Part shown: piece after piece, positions 1-9,213 of the stretch
Numbering within the stretch: position 1 is the first letter of the stretch
Layout: every line of letters starts with the position of its first letter
NCBI GenBank assembly: GCA_051746725.1
Contig: JBNJFI010000005.1
Location: 1 to 52,949 of the forward strand
Source of the DNA: Fusobacteriota bacterium
Lineage (GTDB): Bacteria > Fusobacteriota > Fusobacteriia > Fusobacteriales > JBNJFI01
Direction of reading: 5' to 3'
DNA: 52,949 nt
Position numbers and translations under genes: made by a program
The notes under the pieces: model-generated
Seen by the model: only the letters and a program-made list of their open reading frames with translations
What the model was told of the DNA's origin: nothing
Databases searched by the model: none

Positions 1-2073
1 TTAAAGATGATCCCCCTTTTTTGCCTCTTCAATCACTCTCAACTCTTCCTCCAATATCTCATTATCAATATTCCCCTTTTTTGCCTTTAAATATCCAATA
101 ACCTCATCTCTAACCATCTTAATAGTTTTAACATCCCGGGTAATATCAGTAAAATTAAGATCAGAAATCCCACTCTGTCTTGTTCCTAAAATCTCCCCTG
201 GTTTTCTAAGTTTCAAATCCTCCTGGGCTATTTCAAATCCATCAGTTGTCTTTTCCATTATTTCTAACCTCGCCTGAGAGTTCTCATTATCAGTATTAGA
301 TATCAAAAAGCAATATGATTGGTGTTTACCTCTACCAACTCTACCTCTAAGCTGATGAAGTTGAGCTAATCCAAACCGGTGCGCATCTAATATTACCATA
401 ACAGATGCATTTGCCACATTAACACCTACTTCAATTACAACTGTTGATACCAAAATATCCGTTTTACCTATTTTAAAATCAGACATTATTTGATTCTTTT
501 TATCACTTTTTTGCTGACCATGTAAAAGCTCTATATTATATTTTTTAAACTTACTTTTTTGAAGTTTTTCGTATATCTCCTTAACTGATTTCAAATCCAC
601 CTTTTCAGAATCTTCTATTAGAGGAGCTACGATATATGCCTGTCTTCCCTCACCAAGCTTTTTATCAATAAAATTATATGTTTTTTTAATATCCTTTTTT
701 GCCTTAATCCACTTTGTCTTTACACTTTTTCTTCCTGGTGGCATCTCATCAATTATAGAAATATCCAAATCACCATAAATACTAAGAGCCAGTGATCTGG
801 GAATAGGAGTTGCACTCATAACTAAAAGATTAGCTATTATCCCTTTTTCTCTTAATTTCTGTCTTTGTTCTACACCAAATCTATGTTGCTCATCTATTAT
901 TATATATCCTAAGTTACTAAACTTTACATTATCTTCGATTAAGGCGTGGGTTCCAACTAATATATCTATGTCACCCTGTTTAGTTCTGTTTAAAATCTCT
1001 TCCCTTTTTTGCCCAATAACATTTCCTGTTAATATTTCCACTTTAATACCTATCCCTCGAAGAACATCCACCATACTAATGAAGTGTTGCTCTGCTAGTA
1101 TACCTGTAGGAGCCATAAAAGCCCCCTGATATCCATTTTCAACCATATATATTAGTATCACTATAGCAACTACTGTTTTACCAGAACCTACATCCCCCTG
1201 GAGTAATCTGTTTGAGATACGTCCACTATTTAGATCTTTGTGTATTTCCGTAATAACCCTTTTTTGAGCTCCAGTCAATTCAAAATTCAATTTATCTAAA
1301 AACATTTTAACTTTTTTCTTTTTATCTTCTAATTCATATTTTTTCTCGTTATTGTATTCCAATTTAAATCTATCTTTTAAAATCCCCATCTCTAATACCA
1401 GTAATTCTTCAACTGTTAATCTTCGTTTGGCATCTTCTAAACTTTTAGCATCTTTTGGAAAATGAATATTTTCAATACTCTTAAATCGATCTATTAGTTT
1501 ATATTTTTTAATGATTTCTTTTGGTAATATCTCATATAAATATTCTCCGTACTCTTTTAATGTGTTTTTTAATATCTTTTGTAAACTTTTTTGATTTAAT
1601 CCCTTTGTAAGTCCGTAAACAGGAAGTATCTCACCTATATTTAAATCCCTTTCTCCTAAACTAAATTCAGGATTTATCATCTGTAATTTTCTTTTTTGTT
1701 TTACTTTTCCTATTACCGTTATAATGTCCCCTTCATGTATTTGACCTTTTAAGTATGGCATTCTAAACCATATTACCTCCATAATAGAAGTTTGATCAGA
1801 TAATAATATCTTAAACATATTTCCATTTCTAGTATAATTTAAACTTTTTTGAATAACTTCTCCCTTAACAACAGCATAATCATCTGGTTTAATATTTTGT
1901 ATCTCTTTAACATTTCGTCTATCCTCATAAGTCCTGGGAAAATAATAAAGTAAATCTTTTATTGTTTTTATATTTAAGCTATATAATCTTTGGGTAGTCT
2001 TAGGTCCAAGTCCTTTTATTTTTGCTTTTTTTATATCATTATATAATGTTTTATACTTTTTTAATTTATCCAT
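1..2073 (-). CDS. recG: ATP-dependent DNA helicase RecG
   Basis: 690 aa; wedge/OB region (DLLYYFPRTYEDR), Walker A LLQGDVGSGKT, IIDEQHRFG, MSATPIPR, QLHQLRGRVGRG, TRCF-like DGFEIAQEDLKLRKPGE; GAGGAGG SD upstream. Confidence 0.98.
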   Translation of the reverse strand: MDKLKKYKTLYNDIKKAKIKGLGPKTTQRLYSLNIKTIKDLLYYFPRTYEDRRNVKEIQNIKPDDYAVVKGEVIQKSLNYTRNGNMFKILLSDQTSIMEVIWFRMPYLKGQIHEGDIITVIGKVKQKRKLQMINPEFSLGERDLNIGEILPVYGLTKGLNQKSLQKILKNTLKEYGEYLYEILPKEIIKKYKLIDRFKSIENIHFPKDAKSLEDAKRRLTVEELLVLEMGILKDRFKLEYNNEKKYELEDKKKKVKMFLDKLNFELTGAQKRVITEIHKDLNSGRISNRLLQGDVGSGKTVVAIVILIYMVENGYQGAFMAPTGILAEQHFISMVDVLRGIGIKVEILTGNVIGQKREEILNRTKQGDIDILVGTHALIEDNVKFSNLGYIIIDEQHRFGVEQRQKLREKGIIANLLVMSATPIPRSLALSIYGDLDISIIDEMPPGRKSVKTKWIKAKKDIKKTYNFIDKKLGEGRQAYIVAPLIEDSEKVDLKSVKEIYEKLQKSKFKKYNIELLHGQQKSDKKNQIMSDFKIGKTDILVSTVVIEVGVNVANASVMVILDAHRFGLAQLHQLRGRVGRGKHQSYCFLISNTDNENSQARLEIMEKTTDGFEIAQEDLKLRKPGEILGTRQSGISDLNFTDITRDVKTIKMVRDEVIGYLKAKKGNIDNEILEEELRVIEEAKKGDHL

Positions 2074-2152
2074 AATACCTCCTCATACAAATAAAATATT
2101 TTATCACAACTTCACATACATTTCCCAATCTCTTTTAACTTCCTCCCCCCAC

Positions 2153-2341
2153 AGGCTGTGTCGCAATCAATAAATCTAACTTTATCACCCGGGCAAACGC
2201 CATTTGCCCTTACAAAAAGACATTATACTTATATACAAAAATTACAAACGTAAGGGCGAAGGGCCTTCGCCCGCGTTACACCGATCAGTTCTATTACAGC
2301 TCTTTTTATTTAACACCTTATTCTCTATTTCGACACAGTCT
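2153..2341. mobile_element. Putative MITE (189 bp, non-autonomous)
   Basis: Terminal inverted repeats AGGCTGTGTCGCAAT (2153-2167) and ATTTCGACACAGTCT (2327-2341) match 13/15. AC dinucleotide on both flanks (2151-2152, 2342-2343) is a possible target duplication. No transposase in the window. Confidence 0.55.
2190..2273. repeat. REP-like doublet (two 24-nt GTAA-hairpin units in inverted orientation, 36-nt spacer)
   Basis: 2190-2213 CGGGCAAACGCCATTTGCCCTTAC and 2250-2273 GTAAGGGCGAAGGGCCTTCGCCCG. Each is GTAA plus a 7-bp GC stem, and the stems differ by a compensatory change (GGGCAAA/TTTGCCC vs GGGCGAA/TTCGCCC). Confidence 0.65.
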
Positions 2342-2508
2342 ACCTGCCAGGGGGAGGACCGAGGTGGGGGCATTTCCTTTATTAATTATTTCAGAATCTA
2401 AAATCCCAATTACTTTTATCTTTAAATTTAAATTATATCTATATGATAACCCTCATACTATCTAATTATTTATTAAAATAATTTATTAAAATAATTCCAA
2501 ATATAAAG

Positions 2509-2540
2509 AGAAAAAGAACACTTTCGTGTCCTTTTTTCTT
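2509..2540 (-). terminator. Intrinsic terminator after yebC
   Basis: Minus strand AAAAAAGGACAC-GAAA-GTGTTCTTTTTCT: stem, GNRA tetraloop, U tract. Confidence 0.75.
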
Positions 2541-2572
2541 ATATAAATATTATATATTATATCAATTTTTAA

Positions 2573-3322
2573 TTAATCTAGTTGCTCATAAATTTCATCA
2601 GCTATATCATAATTAGCATAAACATCTTGAACGTCTTCATCATCTTCTAATTTATCAATAAGATCTAAAATTTGTTTAGCTGTTTCAACATCTGAAATCT
2701 TAATCTCATTATCTGGTAGCATAGTTATTTCTGCATTTTCATATTCAATTCCTGCTTCATCTATTGCATTTTTAACATCTTCATAATCTGTCGGTGGAAT
2801 TAAAACTGTAAATCCAGATTCATCTTCCTCTATATCTTCAGCTCCATTTTCTAAAGCAACTTCCATTAACTGCATCTCATCAGTGTTCTCTTTTAATATA
2901 TTTATAACACCTTTTCTTTCAAACATCCAGCTAACTGAACCATTAGAACCTAGGTTTCCATTATTTCTAGTAAAAATAGATCTAACAGAAGCTGCAGTTC
3001 TATTTTTATTATCTGTTAAAGCAGATACCAAAATAGCAACTCCTTCTGGTCCATATCCCTCATATGTCATAGAAATATACTCTACTCCATCTAAGTTTCC
3101 TGCTCCTTTATCTATTGCGTATTGTATGTTATCCTTTGGCATATTTGCATTTTTAGCTTTATCTATTGCCAGTCGAAGTCTTGGATTAAATTCCTCATCT
3201 GCTCCTCCTTCTCGTACTGCAACAGTTAACTCTTTAGATAACTTTGAAAAAATTTTACCTCTTTTTTTATCTTCTTTAGCTTTTTTGTGTTTTATATTCG
3301 CCCATTTACTGTGACCTGCCAT
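2573..3322 (-). CDS. yebC: YebC/PmpR family protein
   Basis: MAGHSKWANIKHKK, NPRLR, YEGYGPEGVA, TDNKNRT, LEDDEDVQDVYAN. Confidence 0.97.
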   Translation of the reverse strand: MAGHSKWANIKHKKAKEDKKRGKIFSKLSKELTVAVREGGADEEFNPRLRLAIDKAKNANMPKDNIQYAIDKGAGNLDGVEYISMTYEGYGPEGVAILVSALTDNKNRTAASVRSIFTRNNGNLGSNGSVSWMFERKGVINILKENTDEMQLMEVALENGAEDIEEDESGFTVLIPPTDYEDVKNAIDEAGIEYENAEITMLPDNEIKISDVETAKQILDLIDKLEDDEDVQDVYANYDIADEIYEQLD

Positions 3323-3345
3323 ATATAACCTCCAAATTTATAATT

Positions 3346-3888
3346 TTAATCTGTATATATTACCTTGTCTATTTTTATATCATGTTCTTCACTTTTTATC
3401 TTTTCTACTACCTGAAAATCATATGCTAGCCCTACCTTTTTTGCATCCACCCCACATAAAAATTTATCATAATATCCTCCACCAAATCCAATTCTATTTC
3501 CATATTTATCATAACCCACTGCAGGAACTAAAACTAAATCAAGTTCAGAAGGATCTATAACATTTTCTTTATTATGCTTAGGTTCCAAAATATTATATTT
3601 TCCTATATTAAGATTATTTATATCTTTTATTTCTATAGGAATTATAATATCTTTTTTTCTGTCTATATAAGGTAAAACCAACCTTTTGCCATCTTGTAAA
3701 ATTTTATTATTAATTCTATCTGTTTTTACTTCATTTTTTATATCACAATAGGACATAATTACCTGACTTTTTGCATAACCTTTGTAATTTATAATTTTCC
3801 GATATATCTTCTCGCTTTTTTGTTTTATATATTTTTCAGATAAATTTTCTCTTTTTTGTTTTAAAATTGAACGAAGATTTTCTTTCAT
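3346..3888 (-). CDS. 5-formyltetrahydrofolate cyclo-ligase
   Basis: K..LR N-terminus, NEV.T, ILEP, DLVLVPAVGYDKYGNRIGFGGGYYDKFL, EEHDIKID. Confidence 0.95.
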   Translation of the reverse strand: MKENLRSILKQKRENLSEKYIKQKSEKIYRKIINYKGYAKSQVIMSYCDIKNEVKTDRINNKILQDGKRLVLPYIDRKKDIIIPIEIKDINNLNIGKYNILEPKHNKENVIDPSELDLVLVPAVGYDKYGNRIGFGGGYYDKFLCGVDAKKVGLAYDFQVVEKIKSEEHDIKIDKVIYTD

Positions 3889-3908
3889 CTTATCTCCTAT
3901 AAATTATT

Positions 3909-4862
3909 TTATTCTTCAAATTCTCCATAATTTCTATATCTATCATATCTTTTTTGCTTTAATGTTTCTGAATCTAATTTCTTAAGCTCTTTTAGACCTT
4001 TTAAAATCATAGCTTTTAAGTTTTCAGCAGTAGTTTTAGTATCACGATGAGCTCCACCTAAAGGTTCTTTTATTATTTCATCTACGATCCCAATCTTTTT
4101 AAGACTCTTAGGATCTATTTTTAAATCTTTAGCTGCTTGATCTGCTTGATCTGCACTATCATATAATATAGCTGCACATCCCTCTGGCGAAATAACAGAA
4201 TACCAACTATTTTCCAGCATATAAATCTTATCTGTTACTCCTAATCCCAAAGCTCCGCCACTTCCACCTTCTCCAATTATAATCGATATTAATGGAACAT
4301 CAAAACCTGACATCTTCATTAAATTTCTAGCAATTGCTTCACCTTGTCCATTCTCTTCAGCTTCAATCCCAGGATAAGCTCCAGGAGTATCTATTAAGTT
4401 AACTACAGGCACACCAAACTTATTAGCCATCTTCATTAAACGTAAAGCCTTTCTGTATCCCTCAGGGTTAGACATACCAAAATTTCTATCTAAATTTTCA
4501 GCAATATCTCTTCCTTTTTGATTTCCAATTATCATTACTCTTTGACCATTTATTTTTCCCAATCCACCTACAAGAGCCAAATCATCTTTATATAAACGAT
4601 CTCCGTGTAATTCAATAAAATCATCTACTATATTTTCAATATAATCCAAAGTATAAGGACGACTTGGATGTCTTGCTGTTTTTAATCTTTGCCAAGGAGT
4701 TAAATTTTTATATAATTTTTTTAGTTTTTCTTTTTTGGTATCTTCTAATTTATCCATCTCAAGCTTCAAATCTATATTTGAGCTTTCAGAAAAGGCCTTT
4801 AATTCTTTTATTTTATCATCTATATTTTCAATTTCTTTTTCAAATTCTAAATATTTAAACAC
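3909..4862 (-). CDS. accA: Acetyl-CoA carboxylase carboxyltransferase alpha subunit
   Basis: LEFEK, ARHPSRP, ELHGDR, RNFGMSNPEGYRKALR, DTPGAYPG, GEGGSGGAL. Start moved to GTG at 4862 (GGGAG SD upstream); ORF track starts at 4880. Confidence 0.97.
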   Translation of the reverse strand: MFKYLEFEKEIENIDDKIKELKAFSESSNIDLKLEMDKLEDTKKEKLKKLYKNLTPWQRLKTARHPSRPYTLDYIENIVDDFIELHGDRLYKDDLALVGGLGKINGQRVMIIGNQKGRDIAENLDRNFGMSNPEGYRKALRLMKMANKFGVPVVNLIDTPGAYPGIEAEENGQGEAIARNLMKMSGFDVPLISIIIGEGGSGGALGLGVTDKIYMLENSWYSVISPEGCAAILYDSADQADQAAKDLKIDPKSLKKIGIVDEIIKEPLGGAHRDTKTTAENLKAMILKGLKELKKLDSETLKQKRYDRYRNYGEFEE

Positions 4863-4863
4863 C

Positions 4864-5757
4864 TTATTCACTCCCTTCAAAGCAAAGATTATCTAAGACC
4901 ATTGCCACTGTATTTTTTAGATCTTCTCTTTTGGAAATAATATCTACCATTCCATTTTTTAATAAAAATTCAGACTTTTGAAAACCTTCTGGTAATTTTT
5001 GTTTTATCGTCTGTTTTATAACCCTTGGACCAGCAAAGGCTATTAAAGCATTAGGTTCAGAAATTATTACATCACCTAGCATTGCAAAGCTTGCTGTTAC
5101 TCCTCCTGTAGTAGGATTTACAGGTATTGAGATAAATGGTATCTTTGCATTATGTAATCTCTCTAAAGCTGCAGAAGTTTTTGCCATCTGCATAAGTGAC
5201 ATAATACTTTCGTGCATTCTAGCTCCTCCTGAAGTAGATACAATTATAACAGGAAGTTTCTTTTCTAATCCTAGTTCTATTGCTCGAGTTAATTTTTCAC
5301 CTACAACAGAACCCATACTTCCACCCATAAAACTAAAATCCATAACACCTAAAACTACTTTTATATTTTTTATCTTTCCAGTTCCAGTTATCACAGCATC
5401 TTTCATTCCAGATTTTTTTTCTGCTCTTTCTAGTTTTTCTTCATAACCTGGAAAATTCATTAAATTTTTAGCTCTCATTTTTTTATTTGTCTCTTTGAAA
5501 GTATTTTCATCTACTAAAAGATCTATTCTCTCTCTTGCACTCATTTTAAAATAGTGGTTACACTTTGGACAAGTCTTTAATCCTGATTTTATTTCTTTTT
5601 TGTATATTATTTCCTCACAATCTGGACATCGTTTCCAAATATTTTTACCCTTCCTTTTTTTCTTTGATTTCTCAGGTAATTTTGGATTCTCGTTTTTATT
5701 TTTTTCTGATTCTTTTTTCTTAGACACAGTTGCATATCGTTTTGAAAAAATCCCCAT
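4864..5757 (-). CDS. accD: Acetyl-CoA carboxylase carboxyltransferase beta subunit
   Basis: Zn ribbon CPDC..CPKC, FMGGSMGSVVGEK, SGGARMHE, PTTGGVTASFAMLGD, FAGPRVI. Confidence 0.97.
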   Translation of the reverse strand: MGIFSKRYATVSKKKESEKNKNENPKLPEKSKKKRKGKNIWKRCPDCEEIIYKKEIKSGLKTCPKCNHYFKMSARERIDLLVDENTFKETNKKMRAKNLMNFPGYEEKLERAEKKSGMKDAVITGTGKIKNIKVVLGVMDFSFMGGSMGSVVGEKLTRAIELGLEKKLPVIIVSTSGGARMHESIMSLMQMAKTSAALERLHNAKIPFISIPVNPTTGGVTASFAMLGDVIISEPNALIAFAGPRVIKQTIKQKLPEGFQKSEFLLKNGMVDIISKREDLKNTVAMVLDNLCFEGSE

Positions 5758-5790
5758 TATTCCTCCCTCTCTTAAATCTTAGTTACATAT

Positions 5791-5819
5791 ATTTTACACA
5801 ATTTTTTAATTTAATGCAA
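5791..5819 (-). promoter_or_regulatory. Putative sigma70 promoter for accD-accA
   Basis: Minus strand TTGCAT (5819-5814)-N17-TAAAAT (5796-5791). Confidence 0.55.
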
Positions 5820-5826
5820 ATAAAAT

Positions 5827-5855
5827 TTGCATTTGATATTTTTTTATTGTATAAT
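5827..5855 (+). promoter_or_regulatory. Putative sigma70 promoter for pheA
   Basis: TTGCAT (5827-5832)-N17-TATAAT (5850-5855). Confidence 0.6.
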
Positions 5856-5916
5856 TTATTTAAGACTAGTGTAATAACTAGTCAACTTAATTTTAGAATA
5901 ATAGAGGTGGTGTATT

Positions 5917-7011
5917 GTGTCTTTAGAAGAAAATAGAAAAAAAATAAACGAAATTGATAATAAGATATTGGATCTTCTTAAAAAAAGGGTTAAAGCCGTT
6001 AAAAACATTGGAAAGATCAAAGAAAATTCTGATGGAATTGTTTATATTCCAGAAAGAGAAAAGCAAATTTTTGATAAATTAACAAAAAAGAATGATACAG
6101 GATTAGAGGATAAAGATATTATAAATATTTATACTGAAATTATTTCAGCCTGTAGAAACTTAGAAAGTTCCCTTTCAGTTGCATATTTAGGACCTAAAGC
6201 AAGTTTTACTCATTCAGCAGCTGTTAAAAAATTTGGTTCAGCAGTAAAATTTAATTCACAAAATTCAATAGAAGAAATTTTTGATACTGTGGAGCGAAGT
6301 AAAGCTGATTATGGGGTTATACCTATTGAAAATAGCACTGAGGGGACAGTTACTTATACTTTAGACAAATTTTTTAATTCAGATTTGAATATTGTTTCAG
6401 AAATTGAGCTTAAAATTTCCCATGCTATTTTATCTAAAGAAAATCGAATGGATAAAATAGAATGTATATATTCTCATCCACAATCTTTTGCACAATGCAA
6501 AAATTGGTTAATTAAAAATCTTCCAAATGCAGCTTTAAAAAATGTAAACTCTAATTCATATGCTGCTAAGTTAGCAGCTAAAGAAGATAATTCTGCTGCA
6601 ATTGGACCTAAATTAGCAGGTAAAGAGTATGGTCTAAATATATTAGAAACATCTATTCAAGATTTTAGAAATAATACAACTAGATTTTTAGTAATAGGTA
6701 AAAATATAAACGATAAAAGTGGAGATGACAAAACTTCAATTATGTTTTCACCTAAAGAAAAAGTTGGTGCATTATATGAAATTTTACAATATTTTTATGA
6801 TGAAAAGATTAATTTGACTATGATAGAATCAAGACCTAATAAAAAAAATCCATGGCAATATGTTTTTTTCATTGATTTTGAAGGGCATTTTTCAAATACA
6901 AACGTTAAAAGAACTCTTGAAAAAATAGAAAAAATATCAACTGATTTTAAAATATTAGGATCTTATCCTAGAATAAATCAAGCCAATAGAAAAAAACATA
7001 CTTTAAGCTAA
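5917..7011 (+). CDS. pheA: Bifunctional chorismate mutase/prephenate dehydratase (P-protein)
   Basis: CM domain (R..I.EID..I..LL.KR, PERE), PDT domain (AYLGPKASFTH, PIENSTEG, YSHPQ, NTTRF), ACT domain (INLTMIESRP); GTG start with GAGGTG SD. Confidence 0.96.
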   Translation: MSLEENRKKINEIDNKILDLLKKRVKAVKNIGKIKENSDGIVYIPEREKQIFDKLTKKNDTGLEDKDIINIYTEIISACRNLESSLSVAYLGPKASFTHSAAVKKFGSAVKFNSQNSIEEIFDTVERSKADYGVIPIENSTEGTVTYTLDKFFNSDLNIVSEIELKISHAILSKENRMDKIECIYSHPQSFAQCKNWLIKNLPNAALKNVNSNSYAAKLAAKEDNSAAIGPKLAGKEYGLNILETSIQDFRNNTTRFLVIGKNINDKSGDDKTSIMFSPKEKVGALYEILQYFYDEKINLTMIESRPNKKNPWQYVFFIDFEGHFSNTNVKRTLEKIEKISTDFKILGSYPRINQANRKKHTLS

Positions 7012-7019
7012 TTATAATT

Positions 7020-7066
7020 AAAATAAAAGATCTAGAAGATATAATATCTTCTAGATCTTTTATTTT
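7020..7066. terminator. Bidirectional terminator between convergent pheA and pyrE
   Basis: Perfect 23-bp inverted repeat AAAATAAAAGATCTAGAAGATAT-A-ATATCTTCTAGATCTTTTATTTT with T-rich ends on both strands. Confidence 0.8.
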
Positions 7067-7097
7067 TTGAATATTAATTTTTTAAATTATTTGTAAG

Positions 7098-7739
7098 TTA
7101 CTTTAAATTATTATAATAATTTTTAGGATCTTTTCTCCACTCTCTTAATATCTCTAATTCCTCTTTTTTGATATAATTTTTCTCCAAAGCAACCTGAATT
7201 AAAGTTTCGTAATCAGTAAGCGTTTCAAATTCTACATTTTCTTTTTCAAAACGATCAGAAGATATATCAAATCCATATGTAAATATTGCAACTAAACCTA
7301 ATACATTAGCCCTACTTTCTTTCAATGCTTCTACAACCTCTAGAGAGCTTCCTCCAGTTGATATTAGATCTTCTATCACTACAGTCTTCTTCCCTTTTTC
7401 TAATTTCCCTTCAATCTGATTTCCTTTTCCATGCTTTTTTGCTGCTCCTCTAACATAAACCATTGGTAATTCCATTTTCTGAGAAGTCCATGCAGCATGA
7501 GGAATTCCAGCAGTTGATGTTCCAGCTAAAATCTCCACTTCAGGATATCTTTTTTCTATAAGATCTTTTAAACCTTGAGCTATTAGATCTCTGACTTTGG
7601 GATATGACATAGTCAATCTATTATCGCAATATATTGGTGATTTGATTCCTGATGCCCACGTAAAAGGTTTAGATGGCGACAATGCCACTGCTTCAATATT
7701 AAGTAGTTCTTCTGCTATTTTTCTTTTTACCTCTTTCAA
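7098..7739 (-). CDS. pyrE: Orotate phosphoribosyltransferase
   Basis: PFTWASGIKSPIYCDNR, TAGIPHA, KKHGKGNQIEG, PRPP motif VVIEDLISTGGS; TTG start with GGAGG SD. Confidence 0.96.
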   Translation of the reverse strand: MKEVKRKIAEELLNIEAVALSPSKPFTWASGIKSPIYCDNRLTMSYPKVRDLIAQGLKDLIEKRYPEVEILAGTSTAGIPHAAWTSQKMELPMVYVRGAAKKHGKGNQIEGKLEKGKKTVVIEDLISTGGSSLEVVEALKESRANVLGLVAIFTYGFDISSDRFEKENVEFETLTDYETLIQVALEKNYIKKEELEILREWRKDPKNYYNNLK

Positions 7740-7775
7740 ATTAAAACCTCCATTTATTATAATTTTATTTAAATA

Positions 7776-9212
7776 TTAGTCTTTTTTAATAATAATCAAT
7801 GTCATATCATCCGATTGAGGACCTCCATTGACATAATCATATACTTCTTTAATAACTTCATCTTTTATTTCAGAAGAAGATTTATCTTTATTCTCATAAA
7901 TTATTTTTTCTAATCTTTTTTGACCAAAAAGATCTCCATTATTATTTCTAGCTTCTGTAATTCCATCTGTATAATAAACTAAAATATCTCCGCTTTTTAA
8001 TTTTTGTTTATCAAATTTATTATTATAATTTTTTACAAATCCAATAGCAGTTCCCTTTACATTTTTTTCTAATATTAGATTATCTTCTTTATTGTAATAT
8101 AATAAAGGATTATGTCCAGCGTTTGAATAATAAAGTGTTTTATCTTTATCATCATAGATGCTTAAAAAAACTGTTATGAACATTTCGTTATTAATATCAT
8201 TATAAATTAACCTATTGAGTTTGGATAAAATTTTATCAGGTTTTATTTCGTAACTTATTAATGTTTTAATAATAGAACGCATAAGAGCCATTAAAAGAGC
8301 GGCTGGCATTCCTTTTCCACTTACATCTCCAACTATTATCCCTAAAGACTTCTTATCAGTTATATTATAGTAATCATAATAATCTCCACCAATTATTTTT
8401 GCTGGTTTAAAATAATGAGATATTTTTAAACCATACATCTCTTTAATTTTATTAGGAAGAAGATTCTTTTGAATATCAGCTGCTAGAGAAAGCTCTTTTT
8501 CCATTTTTTCCTTTTGAGCAACCATTTTATACATTTTAGAATTATATATTGCAATTGCTAAATAATTTGTGATTGCTGTACACAACTGAATTTCTTCTTT
8601 TTGTAGATTAGTATCCTCTAAATCAGAAATTAAATATATAACTCCAAATTCTCTAGATTTAAATATTACTGGAAGAACATATATTTTTTCATCTACTGAA
8701 TGTATAGTCTTAGCAAGATCAATATATTTATCTTCATAATTAGAATCATTTAAAATAGAAATATTTTGATTTGAGTTTTCATCATTAGAGTATTCAGTTC
8801 CTCCAATGTCTCGTTTTTTTTCAAGTTTTTCATCAATCCAAAAATAAAAAGCTATCCGTTTTGAATTTATTATAACAGAATAGGAATCTAACACAATATC
8901 TATTATTTTTTCAAAGTCTAGTTCTGAAACAATAGATTTTCCGATTGCATTTACTGTAAATAAATTCATTACTTTTTTTTCTAAAGAAGTATTTTTATAT
9001 TCTAATTTTGTTAACTTAGATAAAAACTCATTTTGATTTTTAGCAAAATTATACTCATCACTCTGAGGTATAATTTTTTCTGTGTTTTCCTTTTTGAAAT
9101 CAAAAATTATTTTTAATAAGATTAAAACAGTCATAGAAATATTTAGAATTATATTATCAAAAATTATCTGCACAGCTATTAACACTATAAGTAATATAGA
9201 GTTTATTATCAT
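7776..9212 (-). CDS. Membrane-anchored GAF + SpoIIE/RsbU-like PP2C Ser/Thr phosphatase
   Basis: Two N-terminal hydrophobic segments, GAF-like region, EKELSLAADIQKNLLP, GGDYYD, GDVSGKGMPAAL, NAGHNP, YTDGITEA, DDMT. Start moved to ATG 9212 (GGAGG SD). Confidence 0.9.
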   Translation of the reverse strand: MIINSILLIVLIAVQIIFDNIILNISMTVLILLKIIFDFKKENTEKIIPQSDEYNFAKNQNEFLSKLTKLEYKNTSLEKKVMNLFTVNAIGKSIVSELDFEKIIDIVLDSYSVIINSKRIAFYFWIDEKLEKKRDIGGTEYSNDENSNQNISILNDSNYEDKYIDLAKTIHSVDEKIYVLPVIFKSREFGVIYLISDLEDTNLQKEEIQLCTAITNYLAIAIYNSKMYKMVAQKEKMEKELSLAADIQKNLLPNKIKEMYGLKISHYFKPAKIIGGDYYDYYNITDKKSLGIIVGDVSGKGMPAALLMALMRSIIKTLISYEIKPDKILSKLNRLIYNDINNEMFITVFLSIYDDKDKTLYYSNAGHNPLLYYNKEDNLILEKNVKGTAIGFVKNYNNKFDKQKLKSGDILVYYTDGITEARNNNGDLFGQKRLEKIIYENKDKSSSEIKDEVIKEVYDYVNGGPQSDDMTLIIIKKD

Positions 9213-9213
9213 A

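Larger units (their letters stand above)
2141..2370. repeat. GC-rich palindromic repeat split by an insertion: TCCTCCCCC (2141-2149) ... GGGGGAGGA (2350-2358) followed by CCGAGGTGGGGG
   Basis: Perfect 9-bp inverted arms flank the MITE-like element. Removing the element gives a compact hairpin, TCCTCCCCC-cacctgcca-GGGGGAGGA, that is strikingly GC-rich against the AT-rich background. Confidence 0.6.

Noticed and set aside
2141..2370. CRISPR array or riboswitch interpretation of the repeats
   Set aside because: The units are inverted rather than direct, there are only two, no cas genes are present, and no riboswitch consensus was recognised
2204..2401. 65-aa plus-strand ORF in the recG-yebC gap
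   Set aside because: TTG start without an SD; runs through the GC-rich repeats, which explain the lack of stop codons; no transposase or other motif
2468..2493. Tandem ATTTATTAAAATA x2
   Set aside because: Pure A/T low-complexity sequence; most likely a slippage duplication
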